The position numbers and the translations under genes were made by a program. 64,000 bases of DNA from Ranitomeya imitator. Its lineage: Eukaryota. Location of the stretch: positions 271,684,001 through 271,748,000 of the forward strand of contig NC_091283.1 in the NCBI RefSeq assembly GCF_032444005.1, written 5' to 3'. The notes under the pieces were generated by a model. That model searched no databases. It worked only from the letters and a program-made list of their open reading frames with translations, and was not told the DNA's origin. Shown piece after piece: positions 1 to 13,658 of this stretch; within the stretch, counting starts at the first letter, position 1; the number at the start of each line of letters is the position of its first letter.

Positions 1-780
1 CGATGTTGATGCCTGCTGCGGCCCCTCCTCCTCCGCTTCAGAACTACTGTCGCCTGCACCCTGTTCTCCTAATGGCTGCCAATCGGGGTCAACAACTGGG
101 TCATCTATGACCTCCTCTTTTATCTCGTGTGCAACTTCGTCTGTGTCACCGTGTAAGCCTGTGGTATAGCGTTTGTGACGGGGCACCATAGTCTCATCAG
201 GGTCTGATTCTGGATCAGTACACTGCGAGGGCAATGTGGTGGTCTGAGTCAAAGGAACAGCATAGTAATCTGGCTGTGGCTGTGCATCTGTGCACTCCAT
301 GTCCGATTCAACTTGTAATGGGCATGGCCTGTTAACTGTTTCACTTTCTAACCCAGGAATGGTATGTGTAAAGAGCTTCATGGAGTAACCCGTTGTGTCG
401 CCTGACGCATCCTTCTCTGTTGTTGTTTTTGCTGAACAGGACAATGGAGCGACTTGTCCCTGAGCGTGAATATCCACTAACGACGCGCTGCTTTTACATT
501 TACCAGTTTCAGAAGAGGAGGCAAAAGAGCTAGAGGCTGAGTCAGCAAGGAAAGCCAAAACTTGCTCTTGCTGCTCCGGCTTTAAAAGCGGTTTTCCTAC
601 TCCCAGAAAAGGGAGCGTTCGAGGCCTTGTGTAGCCAGACGACGAACCTGGCTCCACAGCTCGAGACTTAGGTACTATATTGTTTTTCCCATGACCACCT
701 GATGCTCCACCACCACTACCATCATTACCAGCTGGCAATGAACGCCCACGGCCACGACCTCTTCCACCAGACTTCTTCAT
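1..780 (-). CDS. hAT transposase N-terminal region (260 codons, open to window edge)
   Basis: Manual translation from ATG at 780: MKKSGGRGRGRGRS...KPEQQEQVLAFLA...VVDPDWQP..., with no stop before position 1. These motifs parallel the N-terminus of the hAT pseudogene at 21915 (RGRG, DHVLEWM, VLDPSW). Confidence 0.75.
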   Translation of the reverse strand, partial: MKKSGGRGRGRGRSLPAGNDGSGGGASGGHGKNNIVPKSRAVEPGSSSGYTRPRTLPFLGVGKPLLKPEQQEQVLAFLADSASSSFASSSETGKCKSSASLVDIHAQGQVAPLSCSAKTTTEKDASGDTTGYSMKLFTHTIPGLESETVNRPCPLQVESDMECTDAQPQPDYYAVPLTQTTTLPSQCTDPESDPDETMVPRHKRYTTGLHGDTDEVAHEIKEEVIDDPVVDPDWQPLGEQGAGDSSSEAEEEGPQQASTS

Positions 781-929
781 TGTTTTAAAAACGTAACCAA
801 AGTAACGGTATTTGTTACTGTAAAACAACTTACAAGGTGAACTCAAACTTCTGTAGGATTTAGATTCCCTTTATAGGTGGGTGAGACTGCAAGGAAAATC
901 AGGCACAATGTTACACACTCGGTTTTCTG

Positions 930-2040
930 TGGCACAAAATGAGACAGATGCCACACACGCAGGACTGGCACTGAAGCACAAATGCCAATATTAATCTCCC
1001 ACTATTTTTTTTTTCTGGGAGAATTCAATGGCCACTCTAAGCTGAATGTGCTTACCCTCGTCAGATCGCAAATGCAAAGCAGCTTGAGGCTGGGCAAGTA
1101 CCAGCGTGGGACACTGGCTGGGAATCCCTGGTGCCATTGACACTTCCTTACTAACTATGTTACTATAGTCGAGGAGTTCAAGAGAGGCCTGGATGTCTTC
1201 CTGGAGCAGAACAATATTGTATCATACAATTATTAGGTTCCGTAGAAGGACGTAGATCTGGGGATTTATTATGATGGAATATAGGCTGAACTGGATGGAC
1301 AAATGACTTTTTTCGGCCTTACTAACTATGTTACTATGTTAGAATTTAAAAAAACAAAAAACAAAAAAACAGACACTAGGCTTTCTGTGGCCCACAATTT
1401 GAGAGAGATGGCACACACGACTGGCACTCAAGCACAAATGCCAATATTAATCTCCCACTATTTATTTTTTTTCAGGGAGAATTTAAACCCCCCCCCCAAA
1501 AAAAAAAAACCAGACACTAGGCTTTCTGTGGCCCACAATTTGAGAGAGATGGCACACACGTCTTTCAATGAAGCACAAATGCCAATATTAATCTCCCACT
1601 ATTTATTTTTTTTCAGGGAGAATTACACCCCCCCCCCAAAAAAAAAAAACCCAGACACTAGGCTTTCTGTGGCCCACAATTTGAGAGAGATGGCACACAC
1701 GACTGGCACTCAAGCACAAATGCCAATATTAATCTCCCATTTTTTTTTTAAAGGGAGAATTAAGAACCAAAAAAAAACAGTATTGCAGACACTAGGCTTT
1801 CTGTGGCCCACAATTTGAGAGAGATGCCACACATGCAGGACTGTCAGTCAAGCAGAAATGCCAATCTTAATCTCCCACTTTTTTTTTGTTTCTGGGAGAA
1901 TTGTCAAGAAATCAGGCCCAGTATTACACACTAGGCTTTCTGTGCCCCCAAATTGGAGAGAGATGGCACACACAGGACTGGCACTCAAGCACAAATGCCA
2001 AGATTCATCTCCCACTATTTATTTTTTTTCAGGGAGAATA
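930..2040. repeat. ~140-bp subterminal tandem repeat of the hAT
   Basis: GACACTAGGCTTTCTGTGGCCCACAATTTGAGAGAGATGGCACAC... recurs at ~1372, 1513, 1653, 1788 and 1927. Confidence 0.9.
1167..1340 (+). mobile_element. CR1-type LINE 3' end fragment
   Basis: ...GGCTGAACTGGATGGAC...CTAACTATGTTACTATGTT tail, typical of amphibian CR1 3' ends. Confidence 0.65.
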
Positions 2041-2755
2041 AAAAAAAAAAAAAGAAACAGGGACTGTCCTACAATTACTATCTCCCTGCAGTAATCTCAG
2101 CAAGGTATGGCAGGCAGCAATAACAAGGAGTGGACTGCTGCACAAATTAAATAAAAAGTGTGGACAAACAAACAAGATAGCTGTGCAGAAAGGAAGGAAC
2201 AAGAGGATTTGTGCTTTGAAAAAAGCAGTTGGTTTGCACAGCGGTGTACAAACAGCAATGCAGCTATCAGGGAGCCTTCTAGGGCAGCCCAATGAGCTAC
2301 AGTGCTGAGGAAAAAAAAATGTAGCTTCCACTGTCTGCAAACAAAAGGTGGTGTTGGACAGCGGAAATCGCTACAGCACAAGCGGTTTGGGGGTTAATGG
2401 ACCCTCCCTAACGCTATCCCTGCTTCTGACGAAGCGGCAGCAACCTCTCCCTAGGCTCAGATCAGCAGCAGTAAGATGGCGGTCGGCGGGAACGCCCCTT
2501 TATAGCCCCTGTGACGCCGCAGACAGCAAGCCAATCACTGCAATGCCCTTCTGTAAGATGGTGGGGACTGAGACCTATGTCATCACGCTGCCCACACTCT
2601 GCGTCCACCTTCATTGGCTGAGAAATGGCGCTTTTTGCGAAAGTCGCGTACCGCATGGCCGACCCCACACAGGGATCGGGTCGGGTTTCATGAAACCCGA
2701 CTGTGCCAAAAGTCGGCGACTTTTGAAAATGAACGATCTGTTTCGCTCAACCCTA

Positions 2756-5700
2756 GTTTAAACAGGACGGGTTCAGGATCACAGTTACTGGTTCAGACAG
2801 GATGGCTGGTTTAGACAGGACGAGTTCAGGATCACAGTTACTGGTTCAGACAGGACAACTGGTTTAGACAGGACGGGTTCAGGATAACAGTTACTGGTTC
2901 AGACAGGATGGCTGGTATAGAGAGGATGGGTTCAGGATCACAGGTACTGGTTCAGACAGGACAGCTGGTTTAGACAGGATGGGTTCAGAATCACAGGTAC
3001 TGGTTCCGACAGCATGGCTGGTTTATATGCAGCGCCCCAGAGATCTGGTCGTTGCAGTATGCCACTCTGCCACTAAGGGGAGTGATGGTACGTCTGATGG
3101 CACTGAAGGAATTCTCCTGACCAGGTATCACCAGAACACATTACACTTCACACTCCGGCCACTAGGGGGAGAAAAAGGCTTTATTTATTGGGCCACTCCT
3201 CACACTGGTAAAACTAGGGGTTGGGGAGGAAGTTAGTCAGATGCTGACTGGGTTGGATTCAGGCAACATCCCGTGGCGGGGGTGTTGCAGGGAGAAGGCA
3301 CAGGGGGGTCCCTGTCAGGCGTGGGAACTTGGCAGGTGCCTAGCAACCAGAACAGAACGTTACGGAACCGTGCCTGCACTACCTTGCGGTGGTATCCTAA
3401 GAAAGAGATAAGAAAGGAAGGATATTGTGGAACAGTGTAAACGAGATCAAGCAAAAAGGAGAACCAGTAGGAGTCGTGCAGTGAGACCGAGGCAACATCC
3501 TACTGAGGCACGTAGTCGGTGGCCGGAACACCGCGGGAGTAAATGACTCTAGGCCTTACTTCAAACTCCGCAGGACAGTTAATTATATGTTGGCTGTCTA
3601 CAATAAATTTCCTACGAAGATATAGGGGGCAACAGTGGGAGAGGGGCGTCTCTAGGGTCCCGCAAGAGCTCCGAGCCTTCCCGTCATACGGGTGCGTCCT
3701 AGCCAAAACATACCTGGGGGACGAGAAACTAGCAACATCTGGAACTAAAGAGAGAGAGAGCTGTAGAGAACGAACGAACGAGAACAGCAGTTGTGAGGAC
3801 TATTCCGAATGCTCAGCAGGGTAGGACTACAACACACAGGCGCTAGTGGTGGGCAACGATTTCCACCTGCGAGGGAAATTCTGGAAGTGCCCATCAGACC
3901 GGCCGGTCTCTGATAGCCCTGTTAAACGTGCTCTGGATTGAGGATCCTGAAGTCTTCAGTAAAGAGGTAAAGAGACTGCAACCTTGTGTCCTCGTTATTG
4001 CCTGCACCTCACACCATCAACCTCCACCTTACTGGGAAGCCCTGGGGACATACTTCACCTGTGGGAAGGTATACCATCCAGCTGCCATTCCATCACCCCA
4101 GCGGACCCCACAGCAGCGTCGGTCACCCGGACCGAACACCACAGGTGGCGTCACGAACTCCTGACAGACTGTACCACCTTTATTGGACGCCCCTTAGCAG
4201 GGTCGCGGACCGGGTCTAGCCACCGTGACAGCATCAGAACCGAACCAGAGAGGCTCGGTACGGAAACGCGTGGCCCTGTGTCTGGGGGCAATCCATATAC
4301 AGGATGGGTTCAGGATCACAGGTACTGGTTCAGACAGGACGGCTGGTTTACACAGGACGGGTTCAAGATCACAGGTACTGGTTCAGACAGGATGGCTGGT
4401 TTAGACAGGACGAGATAAGGATCACAGTTACTGGTTCAGACAGGACAGCTGGTTTAGACAGGACGGGTTCAGGGTCACATGTACTGGTTCAGACAGGACG
4501 GCTGGTTTAGACAGGACAGGTTCAGGACCACAGTTACTTGTTCAGATGGGACGGCTGGTTTAGACAAGACGGGTTCAGGATCACAGGTACTGGTTCAGAC
4601 AGGACGGCTGGTTTAGACAGGACGGGTTCAGGATCACAGGTACTGGTTCAGACAGGATGGCTTGTTTACCCAAGACGGGTTCAGGATCACAGGTACTGGT
4701 TCAGACAGGACAGCTGGTTTAGACAGGACGGGTTCAGGATCACAGGTACTGTTTCAGACTGGAAGGCTGGTTTAGACAGGACAGTTTCAGGATCACAGGT
4801 ACTGGTTCAGACAGGACGGCTGGTTTAGACAGGACGGCTTCAAGATCACAGGTACTGGTTCAGACAGGACGGCTGGTTTAGACAGGACGGGTTCATGATC
4901 ACAGTTACTGGTTCAGACAGGACAGCTGGTTTAGACAGGACGGGTTCATGATCACAGTTACTGGTTCAGACAGGACAGCTGGTTTAGACAGGATGGGTTC
5001 AGGGTCACAGGTACTGGTTCAGACAGGACGGCTGGTTTAGACAGGACAGGTTCATGATCACAGGTACTGGTTCAGACAGGACGGCTGGTTTAGACAGGAC
5101 AGTTTCAGGATCACAGATACTGGTTCAGACAGGACAGCTGGTTTAGACAGGATGGGTTCAGGATCACAGGTACTGGTTCAGACTGGAAGGCTGGTTTAGA
5201 CAGGACGGGTTCAAGATCACAGGTACTGGTTCAGACAGGACAGCTGGTTTAGACAGGATGAAATCAGGATCACAGTTACTGGTTCAGACAGGACGGCTGG
5301 TTTAGACAGGACGGGTTCAGGATCACAGGTACGATTCAGACAGGATGGCTGGTTTAGACAGGACGGGTTCAGGGTCACATGTACTGGTTCAGACAGGACG
5401 GCTGGTTTAGACAGGATGGGTTCAGGATCACAGGTACTGGTTCAGACAGGACAGCTGGTATAGACAGGACGGGTTCAGGGTCACATGTACTGGTTCAGAC
5501 AGGACGGCTGGTTTAGACAGGACGGTTTCAGGATCACAGGTACTGGTTCAGACAGGATGGCTGGTTTAGACAGGATGGGTTCAGGATCACAGTTACTGGT
5601 TCAGACAGGATGGCTGGTTTAGACAGGACGGGTTCAGGATCACAGGTACTGGTTCAGACAGGACAGCTGGTTTAGACAGGACGGGTTCAGGATCACAGGT

Positions 5701-8665
5701 ACTGGTTCAGACTGGAAGGCTGGTTTAGACAGGACAGTTTCAGGATCACAGGTACTGGTTCAGACAGGACGGCTGGTTTAGACAGGACGAGATCAGGATC
5801 ACAGTTACTGGTTCAAACAGGACAGCTGGTTTAGACAGGACGGGTTCATGATCACAGGTACTGGTTCAGACAGGATGGCTGGATTAGACAGGACGGGTTC
5901 ATGATCACAGGTACTGGTTCAGATAGGACGGCTGGTTTAGACAAGACGGGTTCAGGATCAGAGGTACTGGTTCAGACAGGATGGCTGGTTTAGACAGGAC
6001 GGGTTCAGGATCACAGGTACTGGTTCAGACAGGACGGCTGGTTTAGACAGGACGGGTTCAGGATCATAGGTACTGGTTCAGATAGGACGGCTGGTCTAGA
6101 CAAGACGGGTTCAGGATCACAGGTACTGGTTCAGACAGGACAGCTGGTTTAGACAGGACGGGTTCAGGGTCACATGTACTGGTTCAGACAGGACGGCTGG
6201 TTTAGACAGGAGGGGTTCAGGATCACAGTTACTGGTTCAGACAGGATGGCTGGTTTAGACAGGATGGGTTCAGGATCACAGTTACTGGTTCAGACAGGAC
6301 AGCTGTTTTAGACAGGACGGGTTCAGGATCACAGGTACTGGTTCAGACTGGAAGGCTGGTTTAGACAGGACAGTTTCAGGATCACAGGTACTGGTTCAGA
6401 CAGGACAGCTGGTTTAGACAGGACGGGTTCATGATCACAGGTACTGGTTCAGACAGGACGGCTGGTTTAGACAGGACGAGATCAGAATCACAGTTACTGG
6501 TTCAAACAGGACAGCTGGTTTAGACAGGACGGGTTCATGATCACAGGTACTGGTTCAGACAGGACGGCTGGTTTAGACAGGACGGGTTCATGATCACAGT
6601 TACTGGTTCAGACAGGACAGCTGGTTTAGACAGGATGGGTTCAGGGTCACAAGTACTGTTTCAGACAGGACGGCTGGTTTACAGGACAGGTTCAGGACCA
6701 CAGTTACTGGTTCAGACAGGACGGCTGGTTTAGACAGGACGGGTTCAGGATCACAGGTACTGGTTCAGATAGGACGGCTGGTTTAGGCAAGACGTGTTCA
6801 GGATCACAGGTACTGGTTCAGACAGGACGGCTGGTTTAGACAGGACGAGGTCAGGATCACAGGTACTGGTTCAGACAGGACGGCTGGTTTAGACAGGACG
6901 GGTTCAGGATCACAGGTACTGATTAAGATAGGACGGCTGGTTTAGACAAGATGGGTTCAGGATCACAGGTACTGGTTCAGACAGGACAGCTGGTTTAGAC
7001 AGGACGGGTTCAGGATCAGTTACTGGTTCAGACAGGATGACTGGTTTAGACAGGACGCGTTCAGGATTACAGGTACTGGTTCAGACAGGATGGCTGGTTT
7101 AGACAAGACGGGTACAGGATCACAGTTACTGGTTCAGACAGGATGACTGGTTTAGACAGGACGCGTTCAGGATCACAGTTACTGGTTCAGACAGGACGGC
7201 TGGTTTAGACAGGACGGGTTCAGGGTCACATGTACTGGTTCAGACAGTACGGCTGGTTTAGACAGCACAGGTTCAGGACCACAGGTACTGGTTCAGATAG
7301 GACGGCTCGTTTAGACAAGACGGGTTCAGGATCACAGGTACTGGTTCAGACAGGACGGCTGTTTTAGACAGGACGGGTTCAGGATCACAGGTGCTGGTTC
7401 AGACAGGATGGCTTGTTTAGACAGGATGGGTTCAGGATCACAGGTACTGGTTCAGACAGGACGGCTGGTTTAGACAGGACAGGATCAGGATCACAGTTAC
7501 TGGTTCAGACAGGATGGCTGGTTTAGACCGGACGGGTTCAGGATCACAGGTACTGGTTCAGATAGGACGGCTGGTTTAGACCAGACGGGTTCAGGATCAC
7601 AGGTACTGGTTCAGACAGGATGGCTGGTTTAGACAGGACGGGTTCAGGATCACAGTTACTGGTTCAGACAGGACAGCTGGTTTAGACAGGATGGGTTCAG
7701 GATCACAGGTACTGGTTCAGACAGGACAGCTGGTTTAGACAGGACGGGTTCAGGATCACAGGTACTGGTTCAGACTGGAAGGCTGGTTTAGACAGGACAG
7801 TTTCAGGATCACAGGTACTGGTTCAGACAGGACGGCTGGTTTAGACAGGACGAGATCAGGATCACAGTTACTGGTTCAGACAGGATGGCTGGTTTAGACA
7901 GGACGAGATAAGGATCACAGTTACTGGTTCAGACAGGATGGCTGGTTTAGACAGGACGGGTTCATGATCACAGGTACTGGTTCAGACAGGACAGCTGGTG
8001 TAGACAGGACAGGTTCAGGACCACAGTTACTGGTTCAGACAGGACGGCTGGTTTAGACAGGACGGGTTTAGGATCACAGGTACTGGTTCAGATAGGACGG
8101 CTGGTTTAGACAAGACGGGTTCAGGATCAGAGGTACTGGTTCAGACAGGACGGCTGGTTTAGACAGGACGGGTTCAGGATCACAGCTACTGGTTCAGACT
8201 GGAAGGCTGGTTTAGACAGGACGGGTTCAGGATCAGTTACTGGTTCAGACAGAATGACTGGTTTATACAGGACGGGTTCAGGGTCACAGGTACTGGTTCA
8301 GACAGGATGGCTGGTTTAGACAAGACGGGTTCAGGATCACAGTTACTGGATCAGACAGGATGGCTGGTTTAGACAGGACGAGATCAGGATCACAGTTACT
8401 GGTTCAGACAGGACGGCTGGTTTAGACAGAACGGGTTCAGGATCACAGGTACTGGTTCAGACAGGACGACTGGTTGAGACAGAACGGGTTCAGGATCACA
8501 GTTACCGGTTCAGACAGAACGGCTGGTTTAGACAGAACGGGTTCAGGATCACATGTACTGGTTCAGACAGGACGGCTGGTTTAGACAGGACGGGTTCAGG
8601 GTTACAGGTACGGGTTCAGACAGGACGGCTGGTTTAGACAGGACAGGTTCAGGATCACAGGTAGT
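2756..8665. repeat. 53-bp minisatellite array (interrupted by a solo LTR)
   Basis: Unit GGTTCAGGATCACAGGTACT-GGTTCAGACAGGACGGCT-GGTTTAGACAGGACG. Period 53 measured between 5581 and 5634. Confidence 0.97.
3028..4295 (+). mobile_element. Solo LTR
   Basis: Termini TGCAGCGCCCCAGA...TCTGGGGGCAATCCA and a 4-bp TSD TATA (3024-3027, 4296-4299). Homologous to 30271-31288 in the opposite orientation; strand is relative only. Confidence 0.9.
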
Positions 8666-9202
8666 TGTACAGACTGGAGACACTTCTGGAGTGAGCGCAG
8701 GCCCTTTAAGAAGCATGGAGCATCTGTGCGCCCTAAGTGCATTTCCAGGCTCTGGGACCTGGAAGCTGCAGTGGGAGCTGGAGTAGGAGGAACACCAGGG
8801 AACATGTCGGAGTACCTGTAGTGGGGAGGGGGAGGAACAATACAGGGACGCTAGCGTTAGAGTTCCCCCTTCTTTATGCCCGCTATTCTTCAAGCTCGCA
8901 AGGTTGCAGAAGAATTGGGGTAAGAATAGTCTCCCTGGGCTCCCACGATCTCACTTCATGGGCCTTTCCAATCAATCAGGTAAAAAGTTTTATCTCTCAC
9001 CTTCTTCATGGCCAAGATGTTCTTCACCTCAAAGACATTCTCAGAACAGACTAGCACAGGTGTGGAACCAGCATCCTTGAAGAAGTGAAGAAGTTGCTGA
9101 AGATGACTGGTTTATGGAGAGATACGTAGAAGGAGTAAGGCATGCGTAATGAAGCTGAAACTTTAACTTGTAAGACATTGGGTTGATCTACTTGAATCTT
9201 TT

Positions 9203-11533
9203 ACATAGGAGCAGTATTATAGTAGTTATATTCTTGTACATAGGAGCAGTATTATAGTAATTATATTCTTGTACATAGGGGGCAGTATTATAGTAGTTAT
9301 ATTCTTGTACATAGGAGCAGTATTATAGTAGTTATATTCTTGTACATAGGAGCAGTATTATATTAGTTATATTCTTGTACATAGGGGCAGTAGTATAGTA
9401 GTTATATTCTTGTACATAGGTGCAGTATTATAGTAGTTATATTCTTGTATATAGGAGTAGTATTATAGTAGTTATATTCTTGTACATAGGAGCAGTATTA
9501 TAGTAGTTATATTCTTGTACATAGGAGCAGCATTATAGTAGTTATATTCTTGTACATAGGGGCAGTATTATTGTAGTTATATTCTTGTACATAGGAGCAG
9601 TATTATAGTAGTTATATTCTTGTACATAGGAGCAGTATTATAGTAGTTATATTCTTGTACATAGGAGCAGTATTATAGTAGTTATATTCTTGTACATAGG
9701 GGCAGTATTATATTAGTTATATTATATTAGTTATATTCTTGTACATAGGGGGCAGTATTATACTAGTTATATTCTTGTACATAGGGGCAGTATTATAGTA
9801 GCTATATTCTTGTACATAGGAGCAGTATTATAGTAGTTATATTCTTGTACATAGGAGCAGTATTATAGTAGTTATATTCTTGTACATAGGAGCAGTATTA
9901 TAGTAGTTATATTCTTGTACATAGGGGGCAGTATTATAGTAGTTATATTCTTGTACATAGGAGCAGTATTATAGTAGTTATATTCTTGTACATAGGAGCA
10001 GTATTATAGTAGTTATATTATTGTACATAGGAGCAGTATAATAGTAGTTATATTCTTGTACATAGGAGCAGTATTATATTAGTTATATTCTTGTACATAG
10101 GGGCAGTAGTATAGTAGTTATATTCTTGTACATAGGTGCAGTATTATAGTAGTTATATTCTTGTATATAGGAGTAGTATTATAGTAGTTATATTCTTGTA
10201 CATAGGGGCAGTATTATAGTAGTTATATTCTTGTACATAGGGAGCAGTATTATAGTAGATATATTCTTGTACATAGGGGCAGTATTATAGTAGTTATATT
10301 CTTGTACATAGGAGCAGTATTATAGTAGTTATATTCTTATACATAGGAGCAGTATTATAGTAGTTATATTCTTGTACATGGGAGCAGTATTATAGTAGTT
10401 ATATTATTGTACATAGGAGCAGTATTATAGTAGTTATATTCTTGTACATAGGGGCAGTATTATAGTAGTTATATTCTTGTACATAGGGGCCAGTTTTATA
10501 GTAGTTATATTCTTGTACATAGGGGGCAGTATTATAGTAGTTATAGTCTTGTACATAGGGGCAGTATTATAGTAGTTATATTCTTGTACATAGGAGCAGT
10601 ATTATAGTAGTTATATTCTTGCACATAGGAGCAATATTATAGTAGATATATTCTTGCACATAGGGGCAGTATTATAGTAGTTATATTCTTGTACATAGGG
10701 GCAGTATTATAGTAGTTATATTCTTGTACATAGGGGGCAGTATTATAGTAGTTATATTCTTGTACATAGGAGCAGTATTATAGTAGTTATATTCTTGCAC
10801 ATAGGAGCAATATTATAGTAGATATATTCTTGCACATAGGGGCAGTATTATAGTAGTTATATTCTTGTACATAGGGGCAGTATTATAGTAGTTATATTCT
10901 TGTACATAGGGGGCAGTATTATAGTAGTTATATTCTTGCACATAGGAGCAATATTATAGTAGATATATTCTTGCACATAGGGGCAGTATTATAGTAGTTA
11001 TATTCTTGTACATAGGGGCAGTATTATAGTAGTTATATTCTTGTACATAGGGGGCAGTATTATAGTAGTTATATTCTTGTACATAGGAGCAGTATTATAG
11101 TAGTTATATTCTTGTACATAGGAGCAGTATTATAGTAGTTATATTCTTGTACATAGGGGCAGTATTATAGTAGTTATATTCTTGTACATAGGGGCAGTAT
11201 TATAGTAGATATATTCTTGTACATAGGAGCAGTATTATAGTAGTTACATTCTTGTACATAGGGGCATTATTATAGTAGTTATATTCTTGTACATAGGAGC
11301 AGTATTATAGTAGTTATATTCTTGTACATAGGAGCAGTATTATAGTAGTTATATTCTTGTACATAGGGGCAGTATTATAGTAGTTATATTCTTGTACATA
11401 GGAGCAGTATTATAGTAGTTATATTCTTGTACATAGGGGCAGTATTATAGTAGTTATATTCTTGTACATAGAGGCAGTATTATAGTAGTTATATTCTTTT
11501 ACATAGAGGGCATTATTATAGTAGTTATATTCT
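9203..11533. repeat. 35-bp AT-rich minisatellite
   Basis: Unit ATAGGAGCAGTATTATAGTAGTTATATTCTTGTAC, about 65 copies. Confidence 0.97.
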
Positions 11534-11615
11534 GAGAGTATAGTAATTTTGTACCTGTGTATAGGTGCTTTTTATTTCCCAGTTTCCTCGCATGCTGGCA
11601 TTACCCTGTTCCATT

Positions 11616-12182
11616 TGTAGTGAGGTGGGGTTGGTTCAGTGTGACATACAGTGACCACAGGGAAAGTTCACAGCAAAACATGTTTAATGTCCAAACTCAC
11701 ACAGTGCACAGCATCCTCTGGATCGCAGCCAGGAAACAAGACAGTCCATAAGTGGGTAGCCAAGGGCAACTGCACCACCGTATCATGCTACAGGGTGCCA
11801 AGAGTTCGCTTTGCTTGGCTCTGCTTTTGCAGAGCCGTGTTCTCTGCATGCTGCAAACTCCACACTGACACAACCAAAACTTTGCTGCAGGGGATTTTTT
11901 TAAACCCGGAATCTGTGGCCATGGGCCATTTGCAAGACCCGGCATGGAGGAAAGGGGCAGCCCCGCTACCTTTCTGTGGTCCATTTCAAAAATAAAAGCC
12001 CATAACGGGTTTTCCTGGATAATGCCTAGGCCAAATACCTTGCCCAGGTCCATGCTGACTTGTATTTTGCCTTGTGACTCACAGGCGTCCTGCTGTGACC
12101 ACAAGCCACTCCAGGGGCCTCAATATGCTGGTTTGCGCATCTTGGGGGACACATAGCAACCCTCGTATATGACCCTGTCACA
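11616..12182. mobile_element. Probable solo LTR
   Basis: TG start and ...CCCTGTCACA end, GC-richer than its flanks. CATT flanks 11616 and 12180, or alternatively TGTGACA/TGTCACA inverted ends at 11640/12182. Boundaries are ambiguous. Confidence 0.45.
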
Positions 12183-13658
12183 TTCTGCAGAATTAGAAGT
12201 TACCTTTACTTTGTAAAAGTTTAATTGTCCTCGTCTCTTTCTTTTGTCTTCATCACATTGCTTTTTCTGAAGAATTTTGCGGCTTCAAAGTAGGAGAAGA
12301 AAACAATATTTAGACAAAAATCCGAACTAAATGCTAACAATTCAAGTAAAATCGAATTGTATTCACAGTCACTTTTGTCTCATAAATTAATGGGAAAAAT
12401 AATATTTGGATGTGTAACTTCTGTAGATCTTGGATCTTAGACATTTGTATCTGCAGTTGGTGGAGTTGACGTTCACAAGTTTCTCCATACAGTAAACACA
12501 TAAATTTATGTGCAGGTGGATGAAAGAGAAGTTTTGGAGGCACCTCCTTCCATTCACCCGACAAATGTTTTTGTTCTTGACTTTGAAGAATGGATAGTAA
12601 AAAAAACACTTTCTACTCACATTGTGCTTGGGGCTTGGGTTTTTGTGTCTTCTGATGACACCTGCATGAATGATCACAAACCTATCTGGATTGTAGAAAT
12701 GACCATGATATAATATGTGTGTGACATGTGTCCACCTGGAGATGCTCTCAGAGGACATAAACAATCAACGCATTTTTTTTAAGGAGAAGATAAGAATCAT
12801 CTTCTTTTTCAAGGTCTAGGCTTCAGGTTCCACAAATATTGCAGCTCGATATTACTACTGCCAGGGCCGTATTTAGAGTTTCTGCTGCCCTAGGCACTTT
12901 TAGTGCTGCCTCCCCCTTTGGTGAGTATGACACTATCGGCAGTGACTTTGGCAAAAATCGCTGATGTGAAAGTCGCCTTTTGCAGCAGATCCGACAGTTT
13001 TTCCGCATCTGCCGCGTAATGGATCACTTAGGGCAACACTGCGTTCGGCCTCATTCATTCCCTATGGGACTTACAGACATGTGCGGCACTTGCGGTTTTG
13101 CCGCCATCCGGCAAATGCGGTACTTGCAGCAATGAGAAAAAACACTACTAGCAGTGTTTTATGTATCATCGTAAGTGCAAAACCGCAATTGCCGCACATG
13201 TTCGCAAGTAGCCATCACTACCTGTCCCTGCAGCATCCTAGCTCATCCCTAACAATCCCTCCCTGACCTATAACTACACTATAAAGCTTCAGAAAAGCAA
13301 TTTATTAACTGACATATTCCTATGATAATGAGGCTCTAGGCTACGGCGTAGACTGGGACGGGCAGTCTCCGGGTCTCCATCCTCTCTGTGCACACCCTCA
13401 GTCCCTGCCTCACTGCCTGTGCACAGACCACCCTCCACCGCACCCGGTAATCACCGCTCGCAGTAGCATACCAGCAGAGGTGTATCTAGGGTTTCTGGCA
13501 CCCGGGGAAAGAATTCATTTTGGTGCCCCCCCTCCGCCAAGGACATATGTGATTTGCACACTCAGTCATGTGCCCACGAGCTCCTCTCCCTAATGCTCTC
13601 AATGTTCAGTGAAAAACTAAGAGAAGCAGAAGAGAAGCTCGTTGTCGCAGGACCATAA

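Larger units (their letters stand above)
1..2755 (-). mobile_element. hAT DNA transposon, one arm (continues beyond window start)
   Basis: Terminus ...TCGCTCAACCCTA ends at 2755 and matches the terminus of the hAT MITE at 55607. It is followed by GTTTAAAC (candidate half of an 8-bp TSD). Has ~140-bp subterminal tandem repeats and a transposase N-terminus on the minus strand. Confidence 0.85.

Noticed and set aside
1303-1818. 171-aa repetitive ORF
   Set aside because: Translation of the 140-bp subterminal repeat.
4304-8893. ORFs such as GSGSQVLVQTGRLV repeats
   Set aside because: They are translations of the 53-bp satellite, and the frame shifts with each unit.
12190-12853. Continuation of Gypsy integrase or a host exon left of the 3.5-kb hAT
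   Set aside because: No recognisable motif in any frame after joining across the TSD.
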